From Terriglobia bacterium (GTDB taxonomy: Bacteria > Acidobacteriota > Terriglobia > UBA7540), in assembly GCA_046705545.1 (NCBI GenBank), contig JBJKQF010000303.1, positions 1 through 53,794 of the forward strand: a DNA stretch of 53,794 bases, in the 5' to 3' direction. Under the pieces are notes generated by a model. The model made no database searches. It was given only the letters and a program-made list of their open reading frames with translations, and was not told the origin of the DNA. Shown here piece by piece: positions 36,807 to 48,297 of this stretch (the first letter of the stretch is position 1; each line of letters opens with the position of its first letter). The translations under genes and the position numbers were made by a program.

Positions 36807-38156
36807 ATGAGCAATCGCGCTAAAAAGGGTGCCGACAAAAGGCAAAGCGTAAAGCCAGCCGTCCGCCTGGGCCTGATCGGGGTGGGAACCGTAGGAAAGG
36901 GGACCATCCAGGTGCTCCAGGAGCATGCATTGGAAATCGAGCGGCGGCTTGGCTGCAGGCTCGACCTGAAGGTGATCTGCTCGCGAGGCATCAAGAAGAA
37001 AAACCTTTCCTGGCTGCACCATCGCGTGGAGATCACAACCGACTGGAAGCAAGTGGTTGGGGACCCCGACGTGGACGTGGTGATCGAACTGGTGGGCGAG
37101 CTTAAAACCGCCCGCACGATTGCCTTTGCGGCGATTGCGGCCGGCAAGCACCTGGTAACCGCCAACAAACAACTCGTGGCGGAGGATGGCATTGAGCTGT
37201 CCGAGCGCAGCCGCGCCCGTGGGGTGAAGCTGGGTATTGAAGCCACTGTTGCCGGCGGGACACCCATCCTGCACGCCATCCGTGCCGGCCTTGCAGGAGA
37301 AAGCTTTGCGGCGGTGTACGGAATCTTGAACGGCACCACCAATTACATTCTGACCCAAATGGAGCAGGAAAACCGGTCGTTTGCCGAAGCGCTGGCTAGG
37401 GCTCAGGAGCTGGGATATGCGGAGCCCGACCCCACCTTCGACGTGGAAGGCTACGACGCCCGGTACAAAATCGCCATTCTGGCCATGGTCTGTTTTGGAC
37501 GGGCGGTACGGGTGAATGATATTCCTCTTGAGGGCATCACACGAATCGAGCCGGTGGACTTTGCCTACGCCCATCGCTTAAACCGCACTATCCGGCTGAT
37601 TGCCGCGGCGCGCAAACCTGCTGACGGCAGCCTGGAAATCAGCGTTCGACCTACCATGATCCCCCAAACCTCCCAGCTTGCCGGCATGCGCGGCAGCACC
37701 AACGGGATCCTGCTGATCGGCAACAAGGGAGGAACTACCACTTTGACCGGCCGTGGCGCTGGCGGTGAACCCACCGGAGTCGCCGTTCTTTCCGATGTGG
37801 TGGAGATTGCGCGAGCCATCGCCGGTGGCGGCGCAGGCAGCACACCCCTCGGTTATTCGCGCTGGCACCAGGGAAAGAGCGCGGCTTCCGGCAAAAACAT
37901 TTTTACCTCCTATCTGCGCCTGGTGGTCAATGACCGTCCGGGCGTCCTGGCGCGCGTGTGCGCGATCCTGGCCCGCCACCATATCAATATCGACTCCGTG
38001 CTCCAGGAACCCGGCATGCCCAAGAGCCACCTGCCCTTTGTAATGACGCTGGAACCCACGCAAGAAAGGTACGCTCGTCAAGCAGTCCGGGAAATCTCCC
38101 GCTTGCCCTTCCTGGTCCAAAAACCTCTTCTTTTGCCCTTTGCCAACCTGCCCTGA
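36807..38156 (+). CDS. hom: homoserine dehydrogenase with C-terminal ACT domain
   Basis: NAD-binding motif LGLIGVGTVGKG. Catalytic-domain pattern, and an ACT-like YLRLVVNDRPGVLARVCAILARHHINIDSV. Confidence 0.9.
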   Translation: MSNRAKKGADKRQSVKPAVRLGLIGVGTVGKGTIQVLQEHALEIERRLGCRLDLKVICSRGIKKKNLSWLHHRVEITTDWKQVVGDPDVDVVIELVGELKTARTIAFAAIAAGKHLVTANKQLVAEDGIELSERSRARGVKLGIEATVAGGTPILHAIRAGLAGESFAAVYGILNGTTNYILTQMEQENRSFAEALARAQELGYAEPDPTFDVEGYDARYKIAILAMVCFGRAVRVNDIPLEGITRIEPVDFAYAHRLNRTIRLIAAARKPADGSLEISVRPTMIPQTSQLAGMRGSTNGILLIGNKGGTTTLTGRGAGGEPTGVAVLSDVVEIARAIAGGGAGSTPLGYSRWHQGKSAASGKNIFTSYLRLVVNDRPGVLARVCAILARHHINIDSVLQEPGMPKSHLPFVMTLEPTQERYARQAVREISRLPFLVQKPLLLPFANLP

Positions 38157-38368
38157 TCGAGCAGCACCGAGGCTTCAAGAAGGCTTTACTTCCCGCTAGT
38201 TCGTCCTAACCAGCACGGCCATCTTCGCCTTTTGTTCGCATAACAAATGCGCGTCTAAGCAACGATGGCGAGCGCCGTGGGCATCGTATTAAATGTGGGT
38301 CATGGGGCAGCCCGCTTGAACGAAAGGGGCGATCCCATCCTTAACCCACTGTAAGGAAAGGAGATGTT

Positions 38369-38962
38369 ATGCGCAAGCAGTTATTTCGAGTTTTGGGAAC
38401 GCTTCTGGCCGTGGCGTTATTTGCGCCGGCTGGATTTTTGTTCTCAATGGGAAACCAGCAGAGGGTCGAATTGAACTCCAGTTCAGCAAACTGGGCAGAT
38501 GTATCATACGCTTCGCACTTGTTCAACCAAGTTCAGGAACTTTCCGGGAAAATTGAACACGAGGTTGGTCCCATACAATCGGAACAGGTCAACCTTTTCT
38601 GGCAAGGCCAGGCCCATCGATTGAACGAGATCAGGGAGCACGTCAATCAAATGGGCAACGACCTTCACCAGTTGTCAGAAATGAGGAATCGTCTGGAACC
38701 CTGGCAGCAGCAGCTTCTCGATCGCATGACGCCGGAGATCCATGAACTGGCTTATCAAACCCGCGCGGCGATCCATGAACTGAATAGCCAGCATAGCGAT
38801 CTGGCACTTTACGCATCCAGCTATCCTCAGTACATCACCATCATTTCAAATAAATCCAGCCAATTGGAGAGCTCCATCGGAGCGTTCGCACAAGCAGCCA
38901 GCTCGGCTCAAAAACTGTCCGTCCTGGAGCAGAAGACCAGCGTCAAGAAAACCAACAGCTAA
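38369..38962 (+). CDS. hypothetical secreted coiled-coil protein (197 aa)
   Basis: RBS AAAGGAG upstream. Signal/anchor MRKQLFRVLGTLLAVALFAPAG. Q/E-rich helical remainder. Confidence 0.55.
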   Translation: MRKQLFRVLGTLLAVALFAPAGFLFSMGNQQRVELNSSSANWADVSYASHLFNQVQELSGKIEHEVGPIQSEQVNLFWQGQAHRLNEIREHVNQMGNDLHQLSEMRNRLEPWQQQLLDRMTPEIHELAYQTRAAIHELNSQHSDLALYASSYPQYITIISNKSSQLESSIGAFAQAASSAQKLSVLEQKTSVKKTNS

Positions 38963-38983
38963 AATCTGCCATTAAACCTCGAT

Positions 38984-39013
38984 GACTCCGCCGCAAACCG
39001 GCGGAGTCTTTTC
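38984..39013 (+). terminator. intrinsic terminator
   Basis: 10-bp stem GACTCCGCCG/CGGCGGAGTC, loop CAAAC, followed by TTTTC. Lies 22 nt after the stop at 38962. Confidence 0.75.
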
Positions 39014-39075
39014 GGGGAGGAGCCTCATCTACCAATCCCTGATTTTCAAACCGGAAGCTGATACGAAAACCCAGG

Positions 39076-39804
39076 CTATTCGGCGACTTGAAAGGTAAAA
39101 ACGGTATCGGGCGTAACTTTGCTGCCCGGGAGAGGTTGCTGCGAGAGGATCACGCCGGAGGCTCTGCCGGAAGACGCAACGCGAGTGGCTTGCGGGTTCT
39201 TAAAACCGGCCTCCTGAAGCTCCGCCTGGACAATTCCCAGTGGCTTTCCCTGGAAACTCGGACACAGGTAAGCGGAAGGTTGCTCGCCCAGAGAGACTAA
39301 GAAATCGACAGCCGGACTCTGAAGATCGGTTGCGGAGGGCGCTGGGTCTTGGGCCACTACGTCGTTGGGTTCGGCTTGCGGCCAATAGAGCGTCGCCACG
39401 TCGCCAATGGTCAGGCCGCGCTCGATGGCAGTGATGCGTGCGGCCCGCAGGCTCCTCCCGATCACGTCCGGAACCGTCACCTGGGGCGCTCCCAGGCTGA
39501 CCAGCACATGGACGTATTGCAGCGGCTTCATGCTGGTGCCCGCGGCGGGCATCTGGGAAGCAATGCCCCCCGCCGCCACGGTGGTGCTGTAAAGCTTGTC
39601 TTCGACCTTGAGATTCAAACCCAGCCCGGAAACCATCTTCTGGGCTTGAGCCACCGGAAGCCCCACCAGATTCGGTAAGGTTTCCTGCCGCCCGTGGACC
39701 GTCAAGCGGATCGTGGTGATCGCGGACACTACCGCCACCGTCAACAGCACAGCAAAAAGAAATACGAGACGAAGTATTGTCCGGACTGGCCCGCTGATTT
39801 TCAT
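39076..39804 (-). CDS. stand-alone membrane-anchored PASTA-domain protein (3 PASTA repeats)
   Basis: One TM segment (LRLVFLFAVLLTVAVVSAI) followed by three units of about 65 aa (LPNLVGL..., VPDVIGR..., CPSFQGK...). No kinase or transpeptidase domain. Start is the ATG at 39804 or the TTG at 39843. Confidence 0.75.
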   Translation of the reverse strand: MKISGPVRTILRLVFLFAVLLTVAVVSAITTIRLTVHGRQETLPNLVGLPVAQAQKMVSGLGLNLKVEDKLYSTTVAAGGIASQMPAAGTSMKPLQYVHVLVSLGAPQVTVPDVIGRSLRAARITAIERGLTIGDVATLYWPQAEPNDVVAQDPAPSATDLQSPAVDFLVSLGEQPSAYLCPSFQGKPLGIVQAELQEAGFKNPQATRVASSGRASGVILSQQPLPGSKVTPDTVFTFQVAE

Positions 39805-39909
39805 CCTCCCCGTAATAATGGACGACCCGTTGAAAATTATCAAGGCTGCGGGGGCGCTTTAGATTCTTTCGGCGGTAAGTTCTGAGAAGGTTGGTGGCCG
39901 CGCCTTCTT

Positions 39910-40887
39910 ATGTCAAAATGCCTGAGCACAAACGTGGTACAGGTGGAAAGCGAAAGGCTCTTCAGAATGAACCGTCGTCCGTTCTTTGAATTGGAAGTCA
40001 TGGGCAGGAAATTGCGGCTGGGCGAGCGCACTCTGATTATGGGTGTTCTGAACACCACGCCCGACTCCTTTTCCGACGGCGGCCTTTATGCGGACCCCGC
40101 CGCGGCCATCGCGCGCGGAATTCAAATGGCAAAACAGGGCGCCGACTGGATTGACGTGGGCGGAGAATCAACGCGCCCCGGCTCCTCAGCCGTCTCCGCA
40201 GAGGAAGAGATGGAGCGCGTGCTTCCGGTGATTCAGGGACTGCGGCGTAAGCTCGGGGCCACTCCCATCTCCATTGACACTACCAAGGCTTCCGTGGCGC
40301 GTCAGGCGGTGCGTGCGGGAGCGAACATCTTGAATGACGTGAGCGGGCTGCGCTTTGACGAGGACCTTGCCGAAGTCGCCGCGCTCCACCGCCTTCCACT
40401 GGTCCTGATGCACCTGCGTGGACGGCCCCGAAACATGCAGCAAAGACCCTTCGCACGCTCGATCTGGCGCTCGCTTCAGGAAGGCCTCGCAACTTCCATC
40501 GAGCGGGCTCTATCGCGTGGAGTCCGGCGAAAACAGCTGATCCTCGATCCGGGCCTTGGGTTCGGAAAATCCAGATCTCAAAACTACGAAATTCTGGCTC
40601 AGCTCAGCCGCTTGCAGAGCTTTCGCCTGCCAATTCTGGTGGGAAGCTCAAGAAAATCTTTTGTGCGGGCGGTCGTCTACGGCGAGGATGATCTCCGCCG
40701 GTCGGAGAGAAGAAAGAAGGCGGAGAGCGCTCCCGCGCTGCTCCCCTTTGGAGACGCGGCGGGCGTGGTGGCAGCCATCCTGAACGGCGCCCATATTGTC
40801 CGCGTTCACGACGTGGAGCTGATGCTTCCCGCCCTGCGCGTGGCTGACGCGATTGCAGCCGCCGTGAAACCCGGCCAGCATTATTGA
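39910..40887 (+). CDS. folP: dihydropteroate synthase
   Basis: MGVLNTTPDSFSDGG motif and a full pterin-binding domain. The true start may instead be the ATG at 39967 or 40000. Confidence 0.9.
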   Translation: MSKCLSTNVVQVESERLFRMNRRPFFELEVMGRKLRLGERTLIMGVLNTTPDSFSDGGLYADPAAAIARGIQMAKQGADWIDVGGESTRPGSSAVSAEEEMERVLPVIQGLRRKLGATPISIDTTKASVARQAVRAGANILNDVSGLRFDEDLAEVAALHRLPLVLMHLRGRPRNMQQRPFARSIWRSLQEGLATSIERALSRGVRRKQLILDPGLGFGKSRSQNYEILAQLSRLQSFRLPILVGSSRKSFVRAVVYGEDDLRRSERRKKAESAPALLPFGDAAGVVAAILNGAHIVRVHDVELMLPALRVADAIAAAVKPGQHY

Positions 40888-42437
40888 CTTTGAGGTTCTG
40901 AGCCGAAAGGTATCTTGAGCCCGCTTTCAACCGCCCGCTGAGCTTCGGGATATGCAGCCGCCGTGAGAGAGGCGGCCTGATACTGCGCCAGCGCCTGCTT
41001 GCGGTCTCCGCTTAGGTCATCGATACGCCCCAGATAAATATGCGACCAGGTTACCACGCGGAGGTCGCGCGAGGTCTTCAAGGTCTCTTCAAAATATTTC
41101 CGGGCAATATCAGGCTTGCGCGTGTTGCTGGCCACGACGGCCAGGCCGAATAGAGCGCGGGCGTTTTGGGGCTCTTTCGCAATCACCTGTTCAAAAGCCG
41201 CGCGGGCGGCCTCATAGTTGCCGGCGTAAATGGCATTGTCGCCCTGGTCGAGCAGCCGCTCAACGGCGCTGCGCGCGGGCGCCGGGGCGCTCTCTGCTTG
41301 CGGCTGGCTAAAGTGGACCGCCGCCAAGCGTTCCAACTCATGCGAAGGCTTAATCCCCAAGATCAGTTGCCGGTAATAGGAGCTCATGGAGGCTCCCTGA
41401 TTTTCATAAAGCGCCAGGGCGTCGTAGAAGTAGGGAACGAGGATCAGCCCGGAGCTGGTGAGTTGCTTGACACGCTTCTGAGCCTGGGCTTCGGAAAGCT
41501 TGTCCATGCGGAGCTCCACCGCGCGGACCAGGCACTCGGTAAGCAGCAGGGGGAAATCTTCCTTAAAATCTCTTTGCAGCGCCGGGGCCTTCCGGGCTAC
41601 TTGCTCAAGCCCGCTCGCCCGGCGAATCTCCGGCGCGAATTTCGCCGCCAGGGGGTCGAGAAGGAAATGGAGGTACTGTCCGCGGATGTCGCCGATAGCA
41701 AGTTTTTTAGAGGGCGTGAGAACAATGTAATAGTTGGATTTGTAGATTCTTGCCTGAACTTGGTTGGGGGCCCCAAGAAGATCCACATAGATGGTGTACG
41801 TGCGGCCCAGGTAAGCGCCTTCCGGAGAGCGCAGGTAAGCATCGGTAAGCTGAATACTCTTGCGAATCACGGGGCTGTACTGTTCAATCCGGCTTTCATA
41901 ATTGATTTGCGCGCGTGACCAGAGGTCCAGCAGATCGGCCTGCTTGTAAAAAGTCTGAAGAAGCGGAACCACTCCTGCGACTGCTCCGGCGTCAGGAGGA
42001 AGATCCTTGGGAGAGACCGTCAGCTTGAAATCCGGAGGAGGCCCCATGAACAAGGCAAGGGAGACGTATTGCCCCAAATCTTCTCCCGGACGCCCGGCAA
42101 GCTTATGCGCCTGGTAGAATTTCCCCAGCTCAGACAGGACTGGAATCTTTTCTTTTTCCAAGGCGGAGCGAACCGCCTCACGGGTTCGATCGCCCGTGTC
42201 AGCGCCAATGCCGGTGTCATAGCCCGCGGCGTTGAGAGCCGCAAGAAGATCAAAGAGCTGCTCGTTGGACTGCAGAACGACACGCCCCTGCTGTGCCCGA
42301 AGGGACGGCGGAGCGGCGAGGGACGCGAGGAGCAACGCACCGGCGAGCAGGCAGACAACTACTGCCGGCCCGCCCGTTCTCTTCCTTCCCCTTGATGTCG
42401 GTATTTTGGGGCTGGGCTTCACAAATCTCAAAAACAA
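40881..42437 (-). CDS. secreted protein with unknown N-terminal domain and C-terminal TPR repeats
   Basis: TTG start 6 nt after the anti-sigma stop. Signal peptide ...VVVCLLAGALLLASLAAPPSLRA. TPR-like C-terminus (AIYAGNYEAARAAFEQVIAKEPQNARALFGLAVV...). Confidence 0.7.
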   Translation of the reverse strand: MFLRFVKPSPKIPTSRGRKRTGGPAVVVCLLAGALLLASLAAPPSLRAQQGRVVLQSNEQLFDLLAALNAAGYDTGIGADTGDRTREAVRSALEKEKIPVLSELGKFYQAHKLAGRPGEDLGQYVSLALFMGPPPDFKLTVSPKDLPPDAGAVAGVVPLLQTFYKQADLLDLWSRAQINYESRIEQYSPVIRKSIQLTDAYLRSPEGAYLGRTYTIYVDLLGAPNQVQARIYKSNYYIVLTPSKKLAIGDIRGQYLHFLLDPLAAKFAPEIRRASGLEQVARKAPALQRDFKEDFPLLLTECLVRAVELRMDKLSEAQAQKRVKQLTSSGLILVPYFYDALALYENQGASMSSYYRQLILGIKPSHELERLAAVHFSQPQAESAPAPARSAVERLLDQGDNAIYAGNYEAARAAFEQVIAKEPQNARALFGLAVVASNTRKPDIARKYFEETLKTSRDLRVVTWSHIYLGRIDDLSGDRKQALAQYQAASLTAAAYPEAQRAVESGLKIPFGSEPQSQ

Positions 42438-42442
42438 GCAGG

Positions 42443-43096
42443 CTAACCTCGAACTGTGATTCGCCGGAATGAGAGTACCACCCGGCCGCTTGTCGGCACG
42501 CCGAACGAGGTGGCAGGCTGAAAGACGCTGAAATACATCATGCGGTCGAGGCGCCGCATCAGCTGCGGTGAGTGGGGGCCGGAAAGGACCCGGTACGACG
42601 TCACCTCCCCGCGCGCGTTGACGTAGGTCACCAGCACCAGAGGCTGGCCTTCCGTATCAAAATTCAGCGGCGCCATCTCCTGAACGCGTGGAGGCGTGAC
42701 AATCGCCAGGGGAACGTCAGGGATATTGTTGCTCCGGGGCGTCATTTCTCCCAGCATCAACCCAATGCAAACCAGCGCTACCAGAATCCCAGCCACCGCC
42801 GGAACGAAAACGGGCCCCAGCATATTTTCCAGGCGAACCATGGCGCGCTGGAGGGCGTTGCGATGCAGTTCCCTGGAAGTTTGGACGCGCAGGCTCAACG
42901 CCAAGTGGTGCGGAACGTGCTTGCGTTCGAGCCCTTGAAGTTCCGTCCGCAGAGTCTCACAACGCTCCAATTCTTCGCTGCACGGCGCGCAGCTCGCCAA
43001 GTGGTAGCGGATGGAACGGACCGTCGCAGGCTCGCAGACGCCGTCTATATAATCCGAAAAATAACCGCGAATTTCCGAGCAAGATTCAAAGATCAT
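42443..43096 (-). CDS. zf-HC2 anti-sigma factor, single TM, small C-terminal extracytoplasmic domain
   Basis: H-x3-C-x2-C motif (HLASCAPC). TM segment GPVFVPAVAGILVALVCIGLML. Starts 3 nt after the sigma-factor stop. Confidence 0.75.
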   Translation of the reverse strand: MIFESCSEIRGYFSDYIDGVCEPATVRSIRYHLASCAPCSEELERCETLRTELQGLERKHVPHHLALSLRVQTSRELHRNALQRAMVRLENMLGPVFVPAVAGILVALVCIGLMLGEMTPRSNNIPDVPLAIVTPPRVQEMAPLNFDTEGQPLVLVTYVNARGEVTSYRVLSGPHSPQLMRRLDRMMYFSVFQPATSFGVPTSGRVVLSFRRITVRG

Positions 43097-43099
43097 CGT

Positions 43100-43729
43100 T
43101 TACCTGCTCAGCTGCGCCGTCAATTTGCGTTTCAATAGTTCCCGGCCCCGCCGGAGCCGTGATTTCACCGTGCCTTCGGCAATCCCCAGGATCTGGGCAA
43201 TCTCCTCGTAGCTAAAATCTTCAACGTCGCGCAGCACCACCGCTGCACGATAAGGCGGCGCGAGACTCGCCACGGCGCGCTCCAGCTCTCGCTGGCGCTC
43301 GGCCCGCTCGTATGCCCCATAGGGAGTCTCCCGCTCCTGAGCGCTCGACGCCGCGTGAACTCTCGGCTGCATCTCTTCATCATCCACGGAGAAAGGCTCA
43401 TGAAAAATGCGCCGTCCCCAGCTTCGACGGTAGTTTGAGGTCTCGTGCACGGCAATGCTGTAAATCCAGGTTTTCAAGCTGCTGTTTCCGTTGAAATGGT
43501 GGATCCCGCGCAGAACCTTGAGAAAAACGTTTTGCAGAACGTCGGAGGCCTCGCTCTGGTCTCCGATCAAGTGACAGATCAGGTTGTAAACGGGATTCTG
43601 ATAAACGCCCAGAAGGTACACAAAGGCTTCTTCGGACCCTGCTTTCAACTCCGCCACGAGAGCAGCTTCATCGCTGCTCGCGGGGGCCGTAAGGTCAAGC
43701 GCCGCGCGCATTAAACGTACACTTTCCAT
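43100..43729 (-). CDS. ECF-type RNA polymerase sigma-70 family factor
   Basis: Region 2 (VYNLICHLIGDQSEASDVLQNVFLKVLRG ... TWIYSIAVHE). Region 4 HTH (SYEEIAQILGIAEGTVKSRLRRGRELL). RBS GAGGGTGAG upstream. Confidence 0.9.
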   Translation of the reverse strand: MESVRLMRAALDLTAPASSDEAALVAELKAGSEEAFVYLLGVYQNPVYNLICHLIGDQSEASDVLQNVFLKVLRGIHHFNGNSSLKTWIYSIAVHETSNYRRSWGRRIFHEPFSVDDEEMQPRVHAASSAQERETPYGAYERAERQRELERAVASLAPPYRAAVVLRDVEDFSYEEIAQILGIAEGTVKSRLRRGRELLKRKLTAQLSR

Positions 43730-43914
43730 CTCACCCTCAAGATACCAGGTTCAATCCCCCACAGCAAGTGGAAGCAGGACGCGTGGCTGGGCAGGCAAGG
43801 CTCTTCCGGCGAGAACAAAACACACCGCTGAAAAAGCCTGGAGATGGTTTCAATTGGATTCTAAAGTAGGATGGTTTCCGAGTTCGTTAAGGGGACTTCC
43901 GGCGGAGCGCGGAT

Positions 43915-44340
43915 CTAAGACTTTGCGTGCCGGGCCGTTTCCAGCCGGCACAAGGCGCGGCGCAACGCTTCGCGGGCAGCTTCGAGTTCAGCGTCCGGCT
44001 CAGCCGGTCCCTTCAGGCGATCTTCGGCGCGCTGCCGGGCGCGTTCCGCGCGCTCCACGTCAATTTCCTCTGCGCGCTCCGCGATGTCTGCCAGGACAAT
44101 GACGCGATCGGGAAGGACTTCGGCAAAGCCCCAATGAATGGCCACATGGAACGCCATCGCATCCTGATGATAGGTGAGTTCGCCGGACTGAAGCTCCGTC
44201 AGCAACGGGGCGTGACCGGGAAGAACGCCCAAATAGCCGTCCTTACCGGGAATGGAAACTTCGCTGACCTCCCCTTCCACCAGCTCGCGGTCTGGAGTCA
44301 CAATACGCAGTTGAATCCGAATGGGAAGCGAATCAGCCAT
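43915..44340 (-). CDS. atpC: F1 ATP synthase epsilon subunit
   Basis: 141 aa with a typical N-terminal beta-sandwich sequence (LRIVTPDRELVEGEVSEVSIPGKDGYLGVLPGHAPL). Lies downstream of atpD. Confidence 0.9.
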   Translation of the reverse strand: MADSLPIRIQLRIVTPDRELVEGEVSEVSIPGKDGYLGVLPGHAPLLTELQSGELTYHQDAMAFHVAIHWGFAEVLPDRVIVLADIAERAEEIDVERAERARQRAEDRLKGPAEPDAELEAAREALRRALCRLETARHAKS

Positions 44341-44381
44341 CTCACCTGTTCCTGATTAATTCTCACACCCTGCGGGCGTTC

Positions 44382-45866
<1,485 letters not shown>

Positions 45867-45891
45867 TCAAAAACCAAGACTCTTTTGCCGC

Positions 45892-46752
45892 TCAATATTC
45901 CAGGGCCTGGGCTCCGCTCACCACCTCGATGATCTCCTTGGTGATAGCGGCTTGGCGCAGGCGGTTCAGACGCAGACGGAGCGTTTCCATCAGTTCATCG
46001 GCGTTGTTGGTAGCAGAGTCCATCGCCGTCATGCGCGCCGCGTATTCGGCGGCCTGTGACTCCAGCAGGGCTCGGAAAACCTGCACTTCCACGTAACGCG
46101 GTAAAAGCGTCCGCAAAATCTCGGCCGGGGGCTGCTCGTAAATATAGTCCACCAGGCATTCGCCTTCCGGAGCCACGATGGGCTCGATGGGAAGGTAACG
46201 CTCCACCTTCACGTTCTGAGACATCACCGACTTGAACTCGTTGTACAGGAAATCGACGGCATCCACGGATTCCTGTGTGTAAAGGTCGATGAGTTCGCGC
46301 GCTAAAGTTTCCGCATGGGCAAACTCGAGATTCCGGAAGATGTTGACCTGCTCGGAAACGATTTCCACCTGGCGGCGCCGGAAAAAGTCGCGGCCTTTGC
46401 GCCCCACCGCCACCAGGGAGACGTTCTCCCTGCCGTGCTCCTCCAGGTAACCTTGGGCCGCTCGAATCAGGTTGGCGTTGAAAGCCCCGCACAATCCGCG
46501 GTCGGCCGTCACCAGAACCAGCAGGACCTTCCGCTGCGGACGCCGCGCCAGCAGAGGATGCTGCTGCTGTTCAAGACGTGCTGCAACGCTCTGCAAGAGC
46601 GCCATCATCTGCCGGGCATACGGCCGGGCACTGAAGATACGTTCCTGGGCGCGCCGCAGGCGGGAAGCCGCCACCACTTTCATCGCCCGAGTGATTTGCT
46701 TGGTGTTCCGAATCGAGCCGATCCGGCGTCGAATGTCCCTTAAGGTTGCCAA
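45892..46752 (-). CDS. atpG: F1 ATP synthase gamma subunit
   Basis: N-terminal MATLRDIRRRIGSIRNTKQITRAMKVVAASRLRRAQ and C-terminal ITKEIIEVVSGAQAL. Confidence 0.95.
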   Translation of the reverse strand: MATLRDIRRRIGSIRNTKQITRAMKVVAASRLRRAQERIFSARPYARQMMALLQSVAARLEQQQHPLLARRPQRKVLLVLVTADRGLCGAFNANLIRAAQGYLEEHGRENVSLVAVGRKGRDFFRRRQVEIVSEQVNIFRNLEFAHAETLARELIDLYTQESVDAVDFLYNEFKSVMSQNVKVERYLPIEPIVAPEGECLVDYIYEQPPAEILRTLLPRYVEVQVFRALLESQAAEYAARMTAMDSATNNADELMETLRLRLNRLRQAAITKEIIEVVSGAQALEY

Positions 46753-46764
46753 TGCCCTATTGCC

Positions 46765-48297
46765 TCACTCGGCCGCGGCTTCGCGGTCCGCCGCAAATTT
46801 CTTCTTATACTCCTCGAGCATCTTCTGGAGTTCGGCCCGCAGCGCGTCATCAAGCTGCTTCTTTTCCATGACCTTTCTCTCCAGCTCCGGATAGGAAGAA
46901 TCCAGAAACTCGTAGAGCCCCTTCTCAAAGTTCCGGCATTCCTCAACTTCCAGATCATCCAGATACCCGTTGGTGCCGGCGAAGATGGAGATGATCTGCT
47001 TCTCAACGGGAAGGGGAGAATACTGGTCCTGCTTGAGGATTTCCGTCAGGCGGCGGCCGCTGCGCAACTGCGCTTGCGTGGCTTTGTCCAAATCGCTCCC
47101 GAACTGCTCAAAAGCCGCCAGTTCCCGGTATTGCGCCAGGCCCAAGCGCAGGGTTCCGGCCACTTGCTTCATGGCCTTGATCTGGGCGTTGCCGCCCACG
47201 CGCGAGACTGACAAGCCAACGTTGATGGCCGGCCGCACGCCGCTGTTGAACAGGTCCGACTCAAGATAGATCTGCCCGTCGGTAATTGAAATCACGTTGG
47301 TAGGGATGTAAGCCGAAATATCTCCCGCCTGCGTCTCAATGATCGGCAGAGCGGTCAGGGATCCTCCGCCTTTTTCTTTCTTGAGCTTCGCGGCACGCTC
47401 CAAGAGGCGTGAGTGGAGGTAGAAAACGTCTCCAGGGTAAGCCTCCCGGCCCGGCGGCCGCCGCAGGAGCAGAGAAATCTCACGGTAAGCGACGGCGTGC
47501 TTGGAAAGGTCATCGTAAATGCAGAGGGCGTGGCGGCCATGGTCGCGGAAGTACTCGCCCATCGCGCAGCCCGCATAGGGCGCGAGATACTGCATGGGCG
47601 CGGGGTCCGCCGAACTGGCCTCGACGACAATCGTGTACTTCATCGCCTCGTATTCTTCGAGGATGTTGATAACCTGGGCGATCGTCGAGCGTTTCTGCCC
47701 GATAGCCACGTAGATGCAAATCACATCCCCGCCGCGCTGGTTGAGGATGGTATCAATGCCGATGGCGGTCTTGCCGGTTTGCCGGTCGCCGATGATCAAT
47801 TCGCGCTGGCCGCGGCCAATGGGAATCATTCCGTCGATTCCCTTCAAGCCGGTTTGCAAGGGCTCGCGCACCGGCATGCGATCCACCACTCCGGGCGCCA
47901 GGGTCTCCACCGGGCTGAACTCTTTGGCCTGGATGGGCCCCTTGCCGTCCGTCGGACGGCCCACGGCGTCAACCACGCGGCCCACCAGAGCATCGCCCAC
48001 CGGCACGGACATAATCCGCTTGGTGCGCTTGACGACGTCCCCTTCCTGGATCTTCGTGTAATCTCCCAGCAGGACGGCGCTCACCTGGTCTTCTTCCAGG
48101 TTCAAAGCAAGGCCGGAAACGCCGTGGGGCAACTCCAGGAGTTCGCCCGCCATGGCGCGCTCCAGGCCGTGTATGCGCGCCACGCCGTCTCCCACCGACA
48201 TCACGGAGCCCACCTCGCTGACGCTTACACTGCGGTCAAAGTCCTCAATCTGTTCCCGAATGATTTCCGTAATTTCGTCTGGTCTTATTTTTGCCAT
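46765..48297 (-). CDS. atpA: F1 ATP synthase alpha subunit
   Basis: Walker A GDRQTGKT. Full-length alpha-subunit pattern. Confidence 0.95.
   Translation of the reverse strand: MAKIRPDEITEIIREQIEDFDRSVSVSEVGSVMSVGDGVARIHGLERAMAGELLELPHGVSGLALNLEEDQVSAVLLGDYTKIQEGDVVKRTKRIMSVPVGDALVGRVVDAVGRPTDGKGPIQAKEFSPVETLAPGVVDRMPVREPLQTGLKGIDGMIPIGRGQRELIIGDRQTGKTAIGIDTILNQRGGDVICIYVAIGQKRSTIAQVINILEEYEAMKYTIVVEASSADPAPMQYLAPYAGCAMGEYFRDHGRHALCIYDDLSKHAVAYREISLLLRRPPGREAYPGDVFYLHSRLLERAAKLKKEKGGGSLTALPIIETQAGDISAYIPTNVISITDGQIYLESDLFNSGVRPAINVGLSVSRVGGNAQIKAMKQVAGTLRLGLAQYRELAAFEQFGSDLDKATQAQLRSGRRLTEILKQDQYSPLPVEKQIISIFAGTNGYLDDLEVEECRNFEKGLYEFLDSSYPELERKVMEKKQLDDALRAELQKMLEEYKKKFAADREAAAE

Noticed and set aside
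43748-43758. GGTTCAATCCC, a tRNA T-loop-like string upstream of the ECF sigma gene.
   Set aside because: The flanking bases cannot form a T-stem (CCAGG is not matched by CCTGG). No acceptor or anticodon arms can be built.
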